Shown: one piece after another, positions 25,588 to 37,593 of the stretch
How the letters are laid out: every line of letters starts with the position of its first letter
How positions within the stretch are numbered: position 1 is the stretch's first letter
Assembly: GCA_965113315.1 (NCBI GenBank)
Contig: OZ220370.1
Strand: one strand, 5' to 3'
From: Podarcis vaucheri
Taxonomy: Eukaryota
Length of the DNA: 64,000 nucleotides
The notes under the pieces: generated by a model
Told to the model about the DNA's origin: nothing
Seen by the model: the letters and a program-made list of their open reading frames with translations, nothing else
Databases searched by the model: none
Made by a program: the position numbers and the translations under genes

Positions 25588-25942
25588 GGTGGCGCTGTGG
25601 GCTAAAGCCTCAACGCCTAGGGCTTGCCGATCGAAAGGTCGGCGGTTCGAATCCCCGCGGCGGGGTGCGCTCCCGCTGTTCGGTCCCAGCGCCTGCCCAC
25701 CTAGCAGTTCGAAAGCACCCCCGGGTGCAAGTAGATAAATAGGTACCGCTTACCAGCGGGAAGGTAAACGGCGTTCCGTGTGCGGCTCTGGCTCGCCAGA
25801 GCAGCGATGTCACGCTGGCCACGTGACCCGGAAGTGTCCCCGGACAGCGCTGGCCCCCGGCCAATAGATGTGAGATGGGCGCACAAACCCCACAGTCTGT
25901 CAAGACTGGCCCGTTCGGGCAGGGGTACCTTTACCTTTACCT
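25588..25942 (+). mobile_element. Sauria SINE, young subfamily, near-identical to the 3972-4330 copy in opposite orientation
   Basis: Same body and (ACCTTT)n tail; lacks the first ~8 nt; no clear TSD. Confidence 0.93.
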
Positions 25943-26700
25943 ATGACCCTTGATAAAGTACTTGCCCTCACCAAAAGCCTCCTCCTGTTTAATTGATTTA
26001 TAAGAACACACAGAAACTATTTTTAAGAAGGTGTTGCATTTCTCTTTAAGGTTTAACCATTAATTTATCCTTTACTTAAAAGTTACTAAATAAAGTTTCT
26101 GTCACTAAAATTAGCTGTACCATATGCAATCTGAAACTAGTTTTTTTAGTCATCAGTTGTATTTTACAGATTCAGACATGAGATATTTCTTTGGATTACT
26201 TTCAAAATAAGTATGACAATGATAGGAAAATGGGTTGATAGTGACTGGAATTTAAATGAATATATTTTAAAAGACTATTTTAAACCCCTGCAATACTTTG
26301 TAGCACATTATCTTTCTCATCTTCCTGTCAGTGCAACAATAGCTCTCATGGCAGCCAAATGATTATACTATTAAACATATAAAGCTTACTTATTATTGAT
26401 TCTTTACAATACTTTTATAACAATTATTATAGGATTTTGCTTTCGGGGGGCAACATAGCAATTCATCTTCAAATACAATATTTTATTTCAGCTTGAACAT
26501 GCAGAGGTCGTTTCACATGTGCATGCAAACTCCTTTTCTTCTAATTAAAGTAGATCAAGAGTAAACAATGTGGTGCCTTCCAGATGTTTATTATTATTTA
26601 TTTTACAAGATAAAATGAAGATAAAATAAAAATACAGATTTTAAAAAGAATTAAAACCATTTCTACAACCTCTAAAACCAATAAAATAATTCCTACAAAA

Positions 26701-26743
26701 CACACACACACACACACGTATGTATGTATGTATGTATGTATGT
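26701..26743. repeat. Compound microsatellite (CA)n(GTAT)n
   Basis: Direct read. Confidence 0.95.
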
Positions 26744-26929
26744 GAGACTCAAGGAATGCTCTCTTAAAAACATCTTCAGTAGGTACCTAAACATCATGAC
26801 ACAGCTAATTTCAGCTGGTAATTAGTTCCCAAGGGATGAGCTGCAACACTAAAAGTCAACAATATTCTTGAAACTACTACTCACAAACCTGATTAGGACT
26901 GGGGCCCTGATAATTGGAGGTTCCCCAGA

Positions 26930-28332
26930 CTGGTTGGATGGGAGGTTGCTCTGGTTGTGGTAGCACTCCTTCTGAAAGAGTGGGTATGCAGCTTGGGTTT
27001 ACTTCTGGAGCCATTGCTGTCACCTGAGGCTCAGGTGGTCTCAGTGGCACGGAGTGCCTTCCATCAGCTTTGGCTGGTGGACCAGCTGCGCCTCTATCTG
27101 GACAGGGAAAGCCCAATGGCTGTCATCTATGCTCTGGTAACCTCTAGGTTAGATTACTGCAACGCTTTCTACATGGGGCTGGCTCTGAAGACGGTTCACA
27201 AACTTCAGCTGATGCAGAATTCAGCAACCAACCCTGGCCCAACTGCACTGGCTGCCAATTATGTTTCTGAGGCTAATTCAAAGTGCTGGTTTTGACCTTT
27301 TAAGCTTTAAATGTCTCAGGACCGCAATACCTCAAGGACCATCTCGCCCAATATGAACCAATCCAGACCCTCAGATCATCACTTGAGGCTCTTCTTTCTG
27401 TGCCTCCCCCATGAGACATCCAAAGGGTGGCAACATGAGAATGGGCCTTTTCTGCAGTGGCTCCCTGCTTGTGGGATTCTCTCCCCTGGAAAGTTGGCCT
27501 GGCACCCTTGTTTCATATCTTTATGTGCCAGGCAAAAACATCCTGCTTCTTCCAGGCCTTTAGCTAATTAAACAATCTGTGGCCTTTTAAACTATGTGGG
27601 AGAGTATTGTTTTTGAAGCTCAATATCAAAAAAATGAAGATCATGGCCACTGGTCCCATCACCTCCTGGCACATAGAAGGGGAAGAAATGGAGGCAGTGA
27701 GAGATTTTTACTTTCTTGGGTTCCATGATCACTGCAGATGGTGGCAGCAGTCACGAAATTAAAAGATGCCTGCTTCTTGGGAGAAAAGCAATGACAAACC
27801 TACACAGCATCTTAAAAAGCAGAGACATCACCTTGCCAACAAAGGTCCGTATAGTAAAAGCTATGGTCTTCCCAGTAGTGATGTATGGAAGTGAGAGCTG
27901 GACCATAAAGAAGGCTGATCGCCGAAGAATCGAAATCTATCCATTCTTAAGGAAATCAGCCCTGTGTGCTCACTGGAAGGACAGATCCTGAAGCTGAGGC
28001 TCCAATACTTTGGCCACCTCATGAGAAGAGAAGACTCCCTGGAAAAGACCAGAAAAGATGGAGGGTGCAAGGAGAAGGGGACGACAGAGGACCAGATGGT
28101 TGGACAGTGTTCTCAAAGCTACCAACATGAGTTTGACCAAACTGCAGGAGGCAGTGGAAGACAGGAGTGCCTGGCGTGCTCTGGTCCATGGGGTCACGAA
28201 GAGTCGGACATGACTAAACGACTAAACAACAACAACATGTTATGTATTTTTGTGTGGTGTATACTTGTATTTTGTTCCTATGATCCTCGGATGAAGGGTA
28301 GTCTAGAAATGTAATAAATAATAATAAATAAA
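26930..28332 (+). mobile_element. L2-clade LINE 3' portion (interrupted by BovB 27614-28237)
   Basis: LVTSRLDYCNAFYMGLALKTVHKLQLMQNSA motif; tail GATGAAGGGTAG...(TAAA)n resumes after BovB. Confidence 0.8.
27614..28237 (+). mobile_element. BovB 3' fragment with internal deletions, nested in the 3' UTR of an L2-clade LINE
   Basis: Collinear with 57309-58004; ORFs 27716 and 27964; (CAA)n tail. Confidence 0.93.
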
Positions 28333-30677
28333 CAATCTCCAACCATTGGTCTTGCTGGCTGAGACTGATGTCTAACACCTGGAGAACATCATTCAGAAAT
28401 ATTACTCAGGTCATCTGAAGGGGCCCTCCTGCTTCTACCTCACATTGCTGAGATCTGATCTGCAGATATTTAACAAAGTAGTAACTGGTATTCTTCCTCC
28501 TGAAATTAGACATGGGCTGGTGATCTTCAGTTCCCAGCACATATTGCAAGACTTTTTTTTTTCCCCTTACACAATTCTTTCCAGAATAGCTATGTTAAGC
28601 CATGTATTATTTTTGTCAAAGCAGAATCTCAATATTATGTTTTATGTTGCTTTATTAGGTCTGCAAACGAGACATAATGGCTGGCAACAGCAACCCCACT
28701 GTGTGGGAATCCCTGGCTCACATAGAAGCTCCTACAGACATGGAAATTATTCATTACTTATACTTTTTAAAACATATCTATACTAGTTACCTTAATCACT
28801 TCAGAAACTGCAACTACATCATGTGCCCACAACCATAAAATAAAATGTTAATGTTAGCTGGCTCTTGCATACTGCGGGAGCTGACAGAATGTCAAGGTAG
28901 CCTAAAATGGCAGCATTTAATATATGCAAGAGAAGGTGCGAAAGTTGAAGAGGAAGCATAAATGAATATTTTTAAAGTATCTCTTGTGTGGTGTAATCTA
29001 TGAAACTGAGGGACACCTTTCCAGCTCAAATATATTGTTGATCTACTATTGCAAAGTTTAAGCAGGCAAGAATTGTGAATTAACCATTCATGTTACATGA
29101 AGAAGAATGTGCCTAAATGCTAGTCAAAACACAAAAATTGGGTAACATATTTCGTACAGCCCAATTATCAAAGCTCTGTGTCTGCACATGTCACAGGGAA
29201 ATAAACAGGCTTGCAGTTGAAGAATTGTTTGACTGAGGCAACCTTATTCAGTTAATTCAGTTAATTTCCCTTTAGGCTAATTAACAGCTATATATGACCT
29301 TTAGCTGTGGCAGATTCCAATCTTACCCAATGAACCAAGTTTTAAGAAATATCTATCCAAATAGGATTGATTACTGATTCATGCATTATGAAGAGCACAA
29401 TTCAATGCCATTTTAAAGACTGGAATAACGCCACATAATAAGCTGATTAGACTACAAATGAGATCTTATCCACACAGCCATCACCCTATAATAATGCTGA
29501 TGTTGCCTTATCTACATTAATCTAAAATTTAAAACCAAATATATCATTTTAGACTGATACTGAAACCTTGCAAAAACTTATGTTCATATCATTTGAATTA
29601 AAAGCATATTAAATGGATTCATTAGAAAATTCTCCTCTTTGCCTTGCATTTTCCCGACAATGTCTACATCCTTAGGCTACAAAACAATTTTTATAATTGG
29701 TGCAATAAATCACAAAGCATTGACTTAAAGTTAAGAAAAATTGTTGCCTGGGTGATTAAAATACGAAAACAAAATAAATCCTTTTCTAAATTATACGATA
29801 TCCATACACTTCTTGTTTACACAGGTATGAGTACAGAATTGAGCAACGGCATACTTATATATGAAATCATTATTTATTTAGATGGTTTTACACTTGAAAC
29901 GTGCTATGGAATTTTTTCTTTGATTTTCCATACCATAACATAGACATTTTAAATAAGCTCTGCCCTGTGATTAGGGGACACAGATTCAGAATAACTCACT
30001 ACAGTCACAATTCACACCACAATAATAAGAGAAGATGTTTCTGGCCCCTGTTAACTGGCTATATGGGTTTAGAAAAATATAGGTGCATACTACTTATTCC
30101 AAACTTATAGGACTCAAGAATGAACACTTTGAGGAAGCTATAGGAAGCTACAGGAAGTATAAGGAGAATGTAAATCCTGCACAATTAATCAACTATTAAA
30201 CACAGCTTTCTAAAGTTAACTTTTTCCATACACATGCAACAGGCTAGAAATAAGTTTGAGGGACTAGGTAAACAGGGCTGAAAAGGGACATGTATGGAAC
30301 AATTCTTCAAACATGTTGTCAGTTTGGGTACCATTTTCTGAAGCAATTCCAATTTATATTGCAAACTTAAACTGGCAACTTTCAATTACTGGATTTGGTT
30401 ATTAACAGATCCTAAGACTTTACCAATAATTTATAATAGGAAACTGCAACTCACATTCCCCACATTTATTCTCTTGATCAGCACTTCTAAAGCACACTTT
30501 TGCTTACAAAGATAAGATATATAATAATGAAAATAAGAAAAACAACTCATGACTCCAAAATTAGGCAAAAGAACGAAAAGCCAAAAGAAATAATTTAGAT
30601 ATAAAAAAGGTAAATGAATTCCACTGAATACGGATTCTGATTTCATATACTATTCCTTCTTGATGAAACAAATCAGA

Positions 30678-30832
30678 GCTGGGATAGCTCAGTACATCAT
30701 GAGACTCATAATAGCAGGGTCATGGACTTGAGCCACACATTGGGCAATAGATTCCTACAATGCAGGGGGACAGACTAGATGACCCTTGTGGTCCCTTCAA
30801 CTCTACAATTCTATGATTTTATTATTCTATGA
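30678..30832 (+). mobile_element. Short tRNA-derived SINE with CR1-type 3' tail
   Basis: GATAGCTCAGT A-box head; GACTAGATGACCCTTGTGGTCCCTTCAACTCTACAATTCTATGA tail. Confidence 0.75.
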
Positions 30833-32087
30833 AAACTGCTAAACAACCATCTGACAATAGTCTCAGATGTAAATCTCTGTGCCTTAAGATAAAACTATTC
30901 ACTCATAATAACTACCAGGAGAGACAGAACCATTCATTTTCAACGACACCCATGAATACCTTCGCTGAGTTTTCAGAATTTACTAAGGAACTGATTAAAA
31001 CATGAATTACACCTTCCCCACCCAAGTCTGCATGCACAAGACAATTTTCTACTGTTGCCTCCTCACCATCAGCAGCTCTCACATGAGCAGAGAGCTTGCA
31101 AAAGTATTGCTAAGTAGGGACCTAACAAAATTTGTAAGATACTAATTAGATCAATTCCATAATCTTCACTATTGCATGTAACATATAGTGGTTATTTGAT
31201 ACTGGTTATATTGAACAGTAACTGAGAGATACTATGCACACCAATAATCTCTGTTTTACCAATTATTTTTCTGAGTGATGGCTTCAGCTCTATGGAGGTC
31301 AGGCAAGACTCTACAGCATCCTGGACAGCTCCTTGCAGAGCTCAGGCTGAATACTCCATAACTGAGGCATGGGAGGAAAGAGCTGTAGTACAGAACCTAA
31401 ATGCTGTTTTAGATTTAGATAGGAGGTGCAGGACCCAGCTTCACCTTACATGAGAGGAGCCCTTTCAATTATAGGCACACAGCCCACTTTAGGAGTCGTT
31501 GACTCAGATGGCATGGCAGTCTCCGACAGACACTATGGGTAGGACTCACCTAACAAATCCCATCAGCAGAAGCCCTGTGCAAGGACTTCCCCTCGAAACT
31601 GCCTCGTGGAGGTTGAGAGAACCCTGAAGCAGTACACAGGGGAAGAAGGAGAATAGTTCCATCTGGCAAACTGAATAGCTTGTGCTGATCAAAATATTTA
31701 ATGCAGTGTGACTTTGAATTCCTCCCTATGGATCCACTAGGGCTTCTGAGCAGAAGTCAGAGCAGGCCAATGTGACTTCCTTAGGCTGGAGAGGTAGCAG
31801 CCCAACTGGGCTCCTCTTGCTTCTCATTTAGTATGTACATCCCTGTTATATGCCAAATCCCTGGCCTCATCCCCCTGAAGATGGGAAATCCAATCCCAGC
31901 ATCGCAAGAGGGACAACTTTTTGTGCATTCTCATTTGGGGACATCATTTCTCTCCCTTCAAAGTGAAAGAAGAAAACAAGAAATGAAAGACTTCTACCTG
32001 GATGGTGGAGTTTTCACACTAATAAGAAACTGCAGAAATGAAGCGAAAATGAATTAAATAATTATACTGCTTTATACATTTTATATA

Positions 32088-32329
32088 CAGTGGTACCTCG
32101 GGTTACATATGCTTCAGGTTACATACACTTCAGGCTACAGACTCCGCTAACCCAAAAATATTACCTCGGGTTAAGAACTTTGCTTCAGGATGAGAACAGA
32201 AATCGTGCAGCGGCGGCACAACGGCAGCAGGAGGCCCCATTAGCTAAAGTGGTGCTTCAGGTTAAGAACAGTTTCAGGTTAAGAACAGACCTCCAGAACG
32301 AATTAAGTTCTTAACCTGAGGTACCACTG
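32088..32329 (+). mobile_element. Tigger-like MITE, 242 bp
   Basis: TIR CAGTGGTACCTCRGGTTA, TA TSD; family shared with 35703 and 45744. Confidence 0.9.
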
Positions 32330-35141
32330 TATACATACCCAGTGAAAGCTTGATGTTACCTGTTTTTTTCCTATGCTGAATGAGAAAACCACACATTTTT
32401 AAGAACTGGCTTAAACTTTCCCCCTAAAACTATGATGCATCCCAGCTGTTCTAATTATGATTGTTTTTTCAGCATTTAACATTTTGCCTCTTTACTGCTG
32501 CCTGAAATTATAAGTTTATTTATGTTCACATTTCAGCTGAAGAAACACAACTTTTAATTGTTAACAGATGTAATATCAAAGTATGCTGATTATGTAAATG
32601 AAGGCGGGGCGTGTGTTGTCATAATCCTAAAAGCTGCATCACAACTTGTCTATGTGCTACTAATTTACTTGTTTGTTTGTTCCATTTAATCCTTTCTTGA
32701 TGGCACTCTGTAGCAACACTTGAAAATTATTTTTAGAATAGCTGTTAAATTACAAAGCAACAACCCTTTTTAACCCATACGACCCTAGCTTCCTTATTCT
32801 CTTCATCGTGCAGATTTCTTTTATGAAAGCACAATTATAAATAAGGATTTAGTGCAGAATGTTACAGATCCCAAAGAGTCAGCTATTGATAAAATTGCAT
32901 GGTATAACAGATAATGCCTTTTGGTTATAGATTATCCTATTGTTTATCCACTTCAATGTGTGAGAAGACTTGAAAAATGAATTACTTTTGACCTAGAATT
33001 TATTGTTTCTGGAAGAAGTTTTAATTTCACATCAATGCATCAGAGGGAAAATAATTGTGCACACCATAGATGTGCTGATTGTGTTTTGTGCTATTTTAAA
33101 ATGCAGTTACACAGATTAAAATAATAATAGGGCACTCTAATTCACATAATGACACATATCACCTGTCTTTTTGTCAATGACACATTTAAAAGCATCTTTT
33201 TATTAGAAACACAAATCAATACACTCAAGGGATAGCAATAACTACCCTGGGCAATTTGTATTATCATTTCCTTCTTTATGTTCTGACTCTTAAGTAACTT
33301 ATTATTATGAATGGCATGAAAATGGCAACCTGTCACAATTGATTTTTTAAGACCAAGGGTTTTGTTCCCCTTCATTCCTTCCTTCTTTTGATATAACTAT
33401 CTTCCTACGAAATAAAGGTTCAATTTATAAAAGGCAATCTCAAGTTTCAGCTCATGATAGCTGAAATGTCTTTTTAATGGTCCTTAGAAAGATTATTACC
33501 TGGGATTAGCAGCTATCTGCATAGTTTTGACTGTAATTTCCCTCCTCCAACCATGCAGGATACAAAAATAATTAATCAATTAATTATGAAAGAATGAGTG
33601 AATTAATGAATCTGAAAAGCAGATCTTAACACGACAGGCAGGTTGATGCAGGATAATGTGGTATTTTTGGTACCCCGGCTCCAAGACACTTAGGACTTTA
33701 ATACAGGGATGGATGACATATTTTGGCCTGAGAGGTGTATTCACCCTTGGCCAATCCTCTGGGGACTGCATGCCAGCAGTGGGTGTGGCCATCCTACAAA
33801 TCCACATGTGAACACCAGAACAGCCCCACACACTCCTTTAGCAGATGCGCTAAACAAGGTTACTGATCTGATAATCGAATAAGGGGCAATTTGTACCTCC
33901 TAGCCCAGCACTGCACCCATTTTAACTTTTTATCCTTTTTTTATTACCACCAAAATTAGTAGGGTCTTGGACACCAGAAAAATTAATGGTATTAAAGCGC
34001 TAAGAGGTCTAGGAGGAAACAACAGTTTGCACTCACTTAGGTTTACCAGAGAGGGGCAAGTCAGTTTCAGTGCTAAACACAAGCAATAAGCCAGACTGAA
34101 ATAGGATTAGATTCTAGTCGTGGGCTTAGCACTGATAATTTATTATCCCTCAAAGGCCTAGAACTGACAAAATACAACTATCTAGACTACCAAAACCTGT
34201 GTAATCATCAATGAGCTGAATTCAGAAAGAAATCTTCTCAATTAAAAATTAAAAAATGGGCGGGAGGGAGCTAATGAAGCATTAGCAGGCTGAGAAAACT
34301 CACTCTACGAGCAGGTGTATTTCACGGACGCTCGAAATGTTTTCCCGAAACAACAATTTTCAAACACAAAAGCTAACCTCAAAAAAATTAGGCACCACAC
34401 TAATCATAACTGAGCAGCATCTTATAACCTCAGCAATGCTTCTTCCCCACGGTTTGGGCCTTACACCTCTCCTCACTACTTCTAATGGGTCCACAACTCA
34501 ACGGAGTCCTGCAAGGCTTGTTTATTTTACGCTAGTAAGTCACTGACTCGTGATGTCCTATGTCCCCCTTAAGAGACCCACTCCAACTTGAGAAACACTG
34601 CAATAAAGGCCATAACTGAATACCATTTGGATGAAATCCATTGTTAATCACACTCAATGCCAGACCCATTGAAGCCAAATGAAATTAAGACCATTAATTT
34701 CAGTGAGTGTACACTGAGTAAGTCTTAGCTGGAGATCACCCTTTATCTGACTTTTCACCACACACATAATAATATACATTCCCCAGGTTTTAAGCATGCC
34801 ACCTTTATGCACTGCCCAAAATAATTATGAGTAACAAGAAGTAATTTAAAAACTGACCAATGAAACACCAAAATGATGAAATGGAAGCATGTTCCATTGC
34901 CGGAAAAGTTAATCTAGTACAGTACTGTAAAGCACAGATGGGAAACTATTTTCAATAGAAATAAATACAATAAGCAAAATTTAGGACAAGTAATCAGTTG
35001 TACTGGCTGAATTGGTGGAGAATCCTAATATATGAATTTAATCCTCTCTTTAGCATGAAAAACAAATACATAGGAAAGGTAAAGATTTTCAGAATTTTAA
35101 AGGCATTTAGTCCAGCACTCTTTCTAATCAAACCAGCCTAC

Positions 35142-35218
35142 CTTATTCTTTGGATTGGAGGTGTTCATTACACTCCGAGTCTCTTTTCCGGTATAAATAA
35201 CAACACCAATTACTGTTC
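35142..35218 (-). CDS. ATP9B: ATP9B coding exon (77 nt, probably exon 11): (G)[25 protein letters not shown]
   Basis: Acceptor polypyrimidine+TTGCAG, donor GTAGGC; conserved YTGxET motif. Confidence 0.97.
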
Positions 35219-35366
35219 CTGCAATAAAGAAAACAAAGAAAACTGTTTATAAGAAAACTTTAACATTCGGGAAATAAAATGTTAAAAAATGGTAATATAA
35301 TTATTCATGCAGCTATCATAAAAATAGAAACTTTCATCTTAGTATTGTTGATGTAGAAAACTACTA

Positions 35367-35674
35367 CAGTGGTGCCCCGCAAGACGAATGCCTCGCAAGA
35401 CGGAAAACCCGCTAGACGAAAGGGTTTTCCGTTTTTGAGCTGCTTCGCAAGACAATTTTCCCTATGGGCTTTTTCGCTCCCCCCCCTTTTTTTCTAAGCC
35501 GCTAATAGCCTTTTAGCCGCTAATCCGCTAAGCCTTTAATAGCCGCTAAGCCTTTAATAGCCGCTAAACCGCTAATAGCGCTAATCCGCTAATAGGGTTG
35601 CTTCGCAAGACAAAAAAACCGCTAGACGAAGAGACTCGCGGAATGGATTAATTTCGTCTTGCGAGGCACCACTG
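35367..35674. mobile_element. Tigger-like MITE of a second family, with internal (GCCGCTAA)-type minisatellite
   Basis: TIR CAGTGGTGCCCCGCAAGACGAA / TTCGTCTTGCGAGGCACCACTG; TA flanks. Confidence 0.88.
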
Positions 35675-35676
35675 TA

Positions 35677-36144
35677 CAGTGGTACCTCAGGTTAAGTACT
35701 TACAGTGGTACCTCGGGTTACATACACTTCAGGTTACATACGCTTCAGGTTACAGACGCCACTAACCCAGAAATAGTACCTCGGGTTAAGAACTTAGCTT
35801 CAGGATGAGAACAGAAATTGCGCGGCGGTGGCGCGGCAGGCCCCATTAGCTAAAGTGGTGCTTCAGGTTAAGAGCAGTTTCAGGTTAAGAGCTGACCTCC
35901 GGAACGAATTAAGTACGTAACCAGAGGTACCACTGTACCAGAGATCTGTTCTTAACCTGAAACTTCTTAACCTGAAGCACCACTTTAGCTAATGGGGCCT
36001 CCCGCTGTTACTGCACCACCGGAGCACAATTTCTGTTCTCATCCTGAAGCAAAGTTCTTAACCCGAGGTACTATTTCTGGGTTAGCAGAGTCTGTAACCT
36101 GAAGCGTATGTAACCTGAAGCGTATGTAACCCGAGGTACCACTG
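35677..36144 (-). mobile_element. Tigger-like MITE (reverse) split into 35677-35702 and 35936-36144 by a nested copy
   Basis: Reverse complement of the 242-bp family; interrupted after 26 nt at a TA. Confidence 0.85.
35703..35935 (+). mobile_element. Tigger-like MITE nested in opposite orientation within its own family member
   Basis: Complete TIRs CAGTGGTACCTC / GAGGTACCACTG with TA on both sides. Confidence 0.88.
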
Positions 36145-36463
36145 TACAATAAAATATTGTGGGCTCGTTCACATCTTTTATCTGCCTATGTAATGACCCG
36201 TCTGGTCATTTGACAACCCTTGTGTATCTAACATAACGACTATTTGACGGTAGTTAATACTATGGAGTGACTTCAGGTAAGAATTTTTGAACTTTCCACT
36301 AGGCTATACAGTGCCCACCCCACTTACACGTGCATTGCATTCCAGGTCACCACACACATAATTTCATATGTGAAATAGCATAAAGTCTAAATGCCTATTT
36401 CCCCCTGCTTTCCAGTTGTCTCTCCCACTCTCTCTCCACATCAATAAAGCATGCATTGTTTAC

Positions 36464-36539
36464 CTGAGGCAACAACTGTGCTTGCCCATAATGTATTTTC
36501 TATGCTTAGGCTTTCATGAACTGTTGGGTCGCTGTCTTC
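36464..36539 (-). CDS. ATP9B: ATP9B coding exon (76 nt, probably exon 10): [25 protein letters not shown](G)
   Basis: Acceptor TTTTAACAG, donor GTAAAC; ATP9/Neo1-type ENTLWA motif. Confidence 0.96.
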
Positions 36540-37214
36540 CTGTTAAAAACAAAGCCAACTTGTAAAACTATTTTTCAATAATACTGTATAATCATACATA
36601 CTTGCATGTATGGGGAAATATTGCCTCTAACAATATTGTATACACACACATTCATAATGGACTAGCATTTAAAGATCATTAGGATTTTTATATGGTAATA
36701 AATGTCAGATAAAATTGTGAGAAAATTATAATAAATATTTTTTTCAAAATATACACAATTGTTTAGAATTAAATATCGCATCTAGAATTTAATTGATTTA
36801 AGTGGTTAACTTAAAACAATTTGGTCTCACTGATGTGAATCAAGTGAATTTCATTGGGATGGACTGAGCAATCCAAACCACCACATCTGTTGGCAGGGAG
36901 GGGTTTGACTGAATCATTATATATCCCCCTTACTAAAAAGGGGCCCATGGTGGCAGAAAACCCCACCACTTGCATGGAGGGCAGAGAGCAATGGGAATAA
37001 TGCTCAACAAAAAGCTCCTCCTTCAGTCTTCTCTCATCTCCACCCACGGATTACCTGTCCCAGTACCTGCAACTCCGCTCAGCAAATACACTAAACCAAT
37101 ACATGTATGCCTTGCGAAAAACTCAAAATAGAGCCTGGAGCAACAGCACCCGTGCTCACTTGGGCCAAAGTCCCAGAATGACACAGAGGTAATGGGACAT
37201 TAGTCAGCAGTTTA

Positions 37215-37593
37215 GGGTAAAGGTAAAGGACCCCTAGATAGTTAAGTCCAGTCAAAGGCGACTATGGGGTGCAGTGCTCATCTCGCTTCAGGCCGAGCGA
37301 GCCGGCGTTTGTCCACAGACAGCTTCCCGGGTCATGTGACCAGCATGACTAAACCGCTTCTGGCTCATGGAGAACTGTGACAAGTGCCAGAGCTCACAGA
37401 AACGGTGTTTACCTTCCCGCTGCAGCGGTACCTATTTATCTACTTGCACTGGCGTGCTTTCGAACTAGTAGCTTGGCAGAAGCTGGGACAGAGCAATGGG
37501 AGCTCACGCTGTTGTGCGGATTAGAACTGCCAACCTTCCGATCGGCAAGCCCAAAAGGCTCAGCGGTTTAGGCCACAGTGTCACCTGCATCCC
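37215..37593 (-). mobile_element. Sauria SINE, older subfamily
   Basis: Shared core CAAGTAGATAAATAGGTACC, ACCTTT tail, CpG decay. Confidence 0.88.

Noticed and set aside
25588-25670. tRNA gene (GGTTCGAATCC B-box)
   Set aside because: tRNA-derived SINE head continuing into the SINE body; no complete cloverleaf
25128-25742. 204-aa ORF
   Set aside because: Chance read-through across a hAT MITE relic, unique DNA and a SINE head; no domain recognisable
25887-25926. Hammerhead ribozyme in the SINE three-way junction
   Set aside because: Catalytic core CUGANGA and GAAA are absent
35495-35595. CRISPR-like repeat/spacer array
   Set aside because: Eukaryotic DNA; units are 6-8 nt with tiny related spacers inside a MITE
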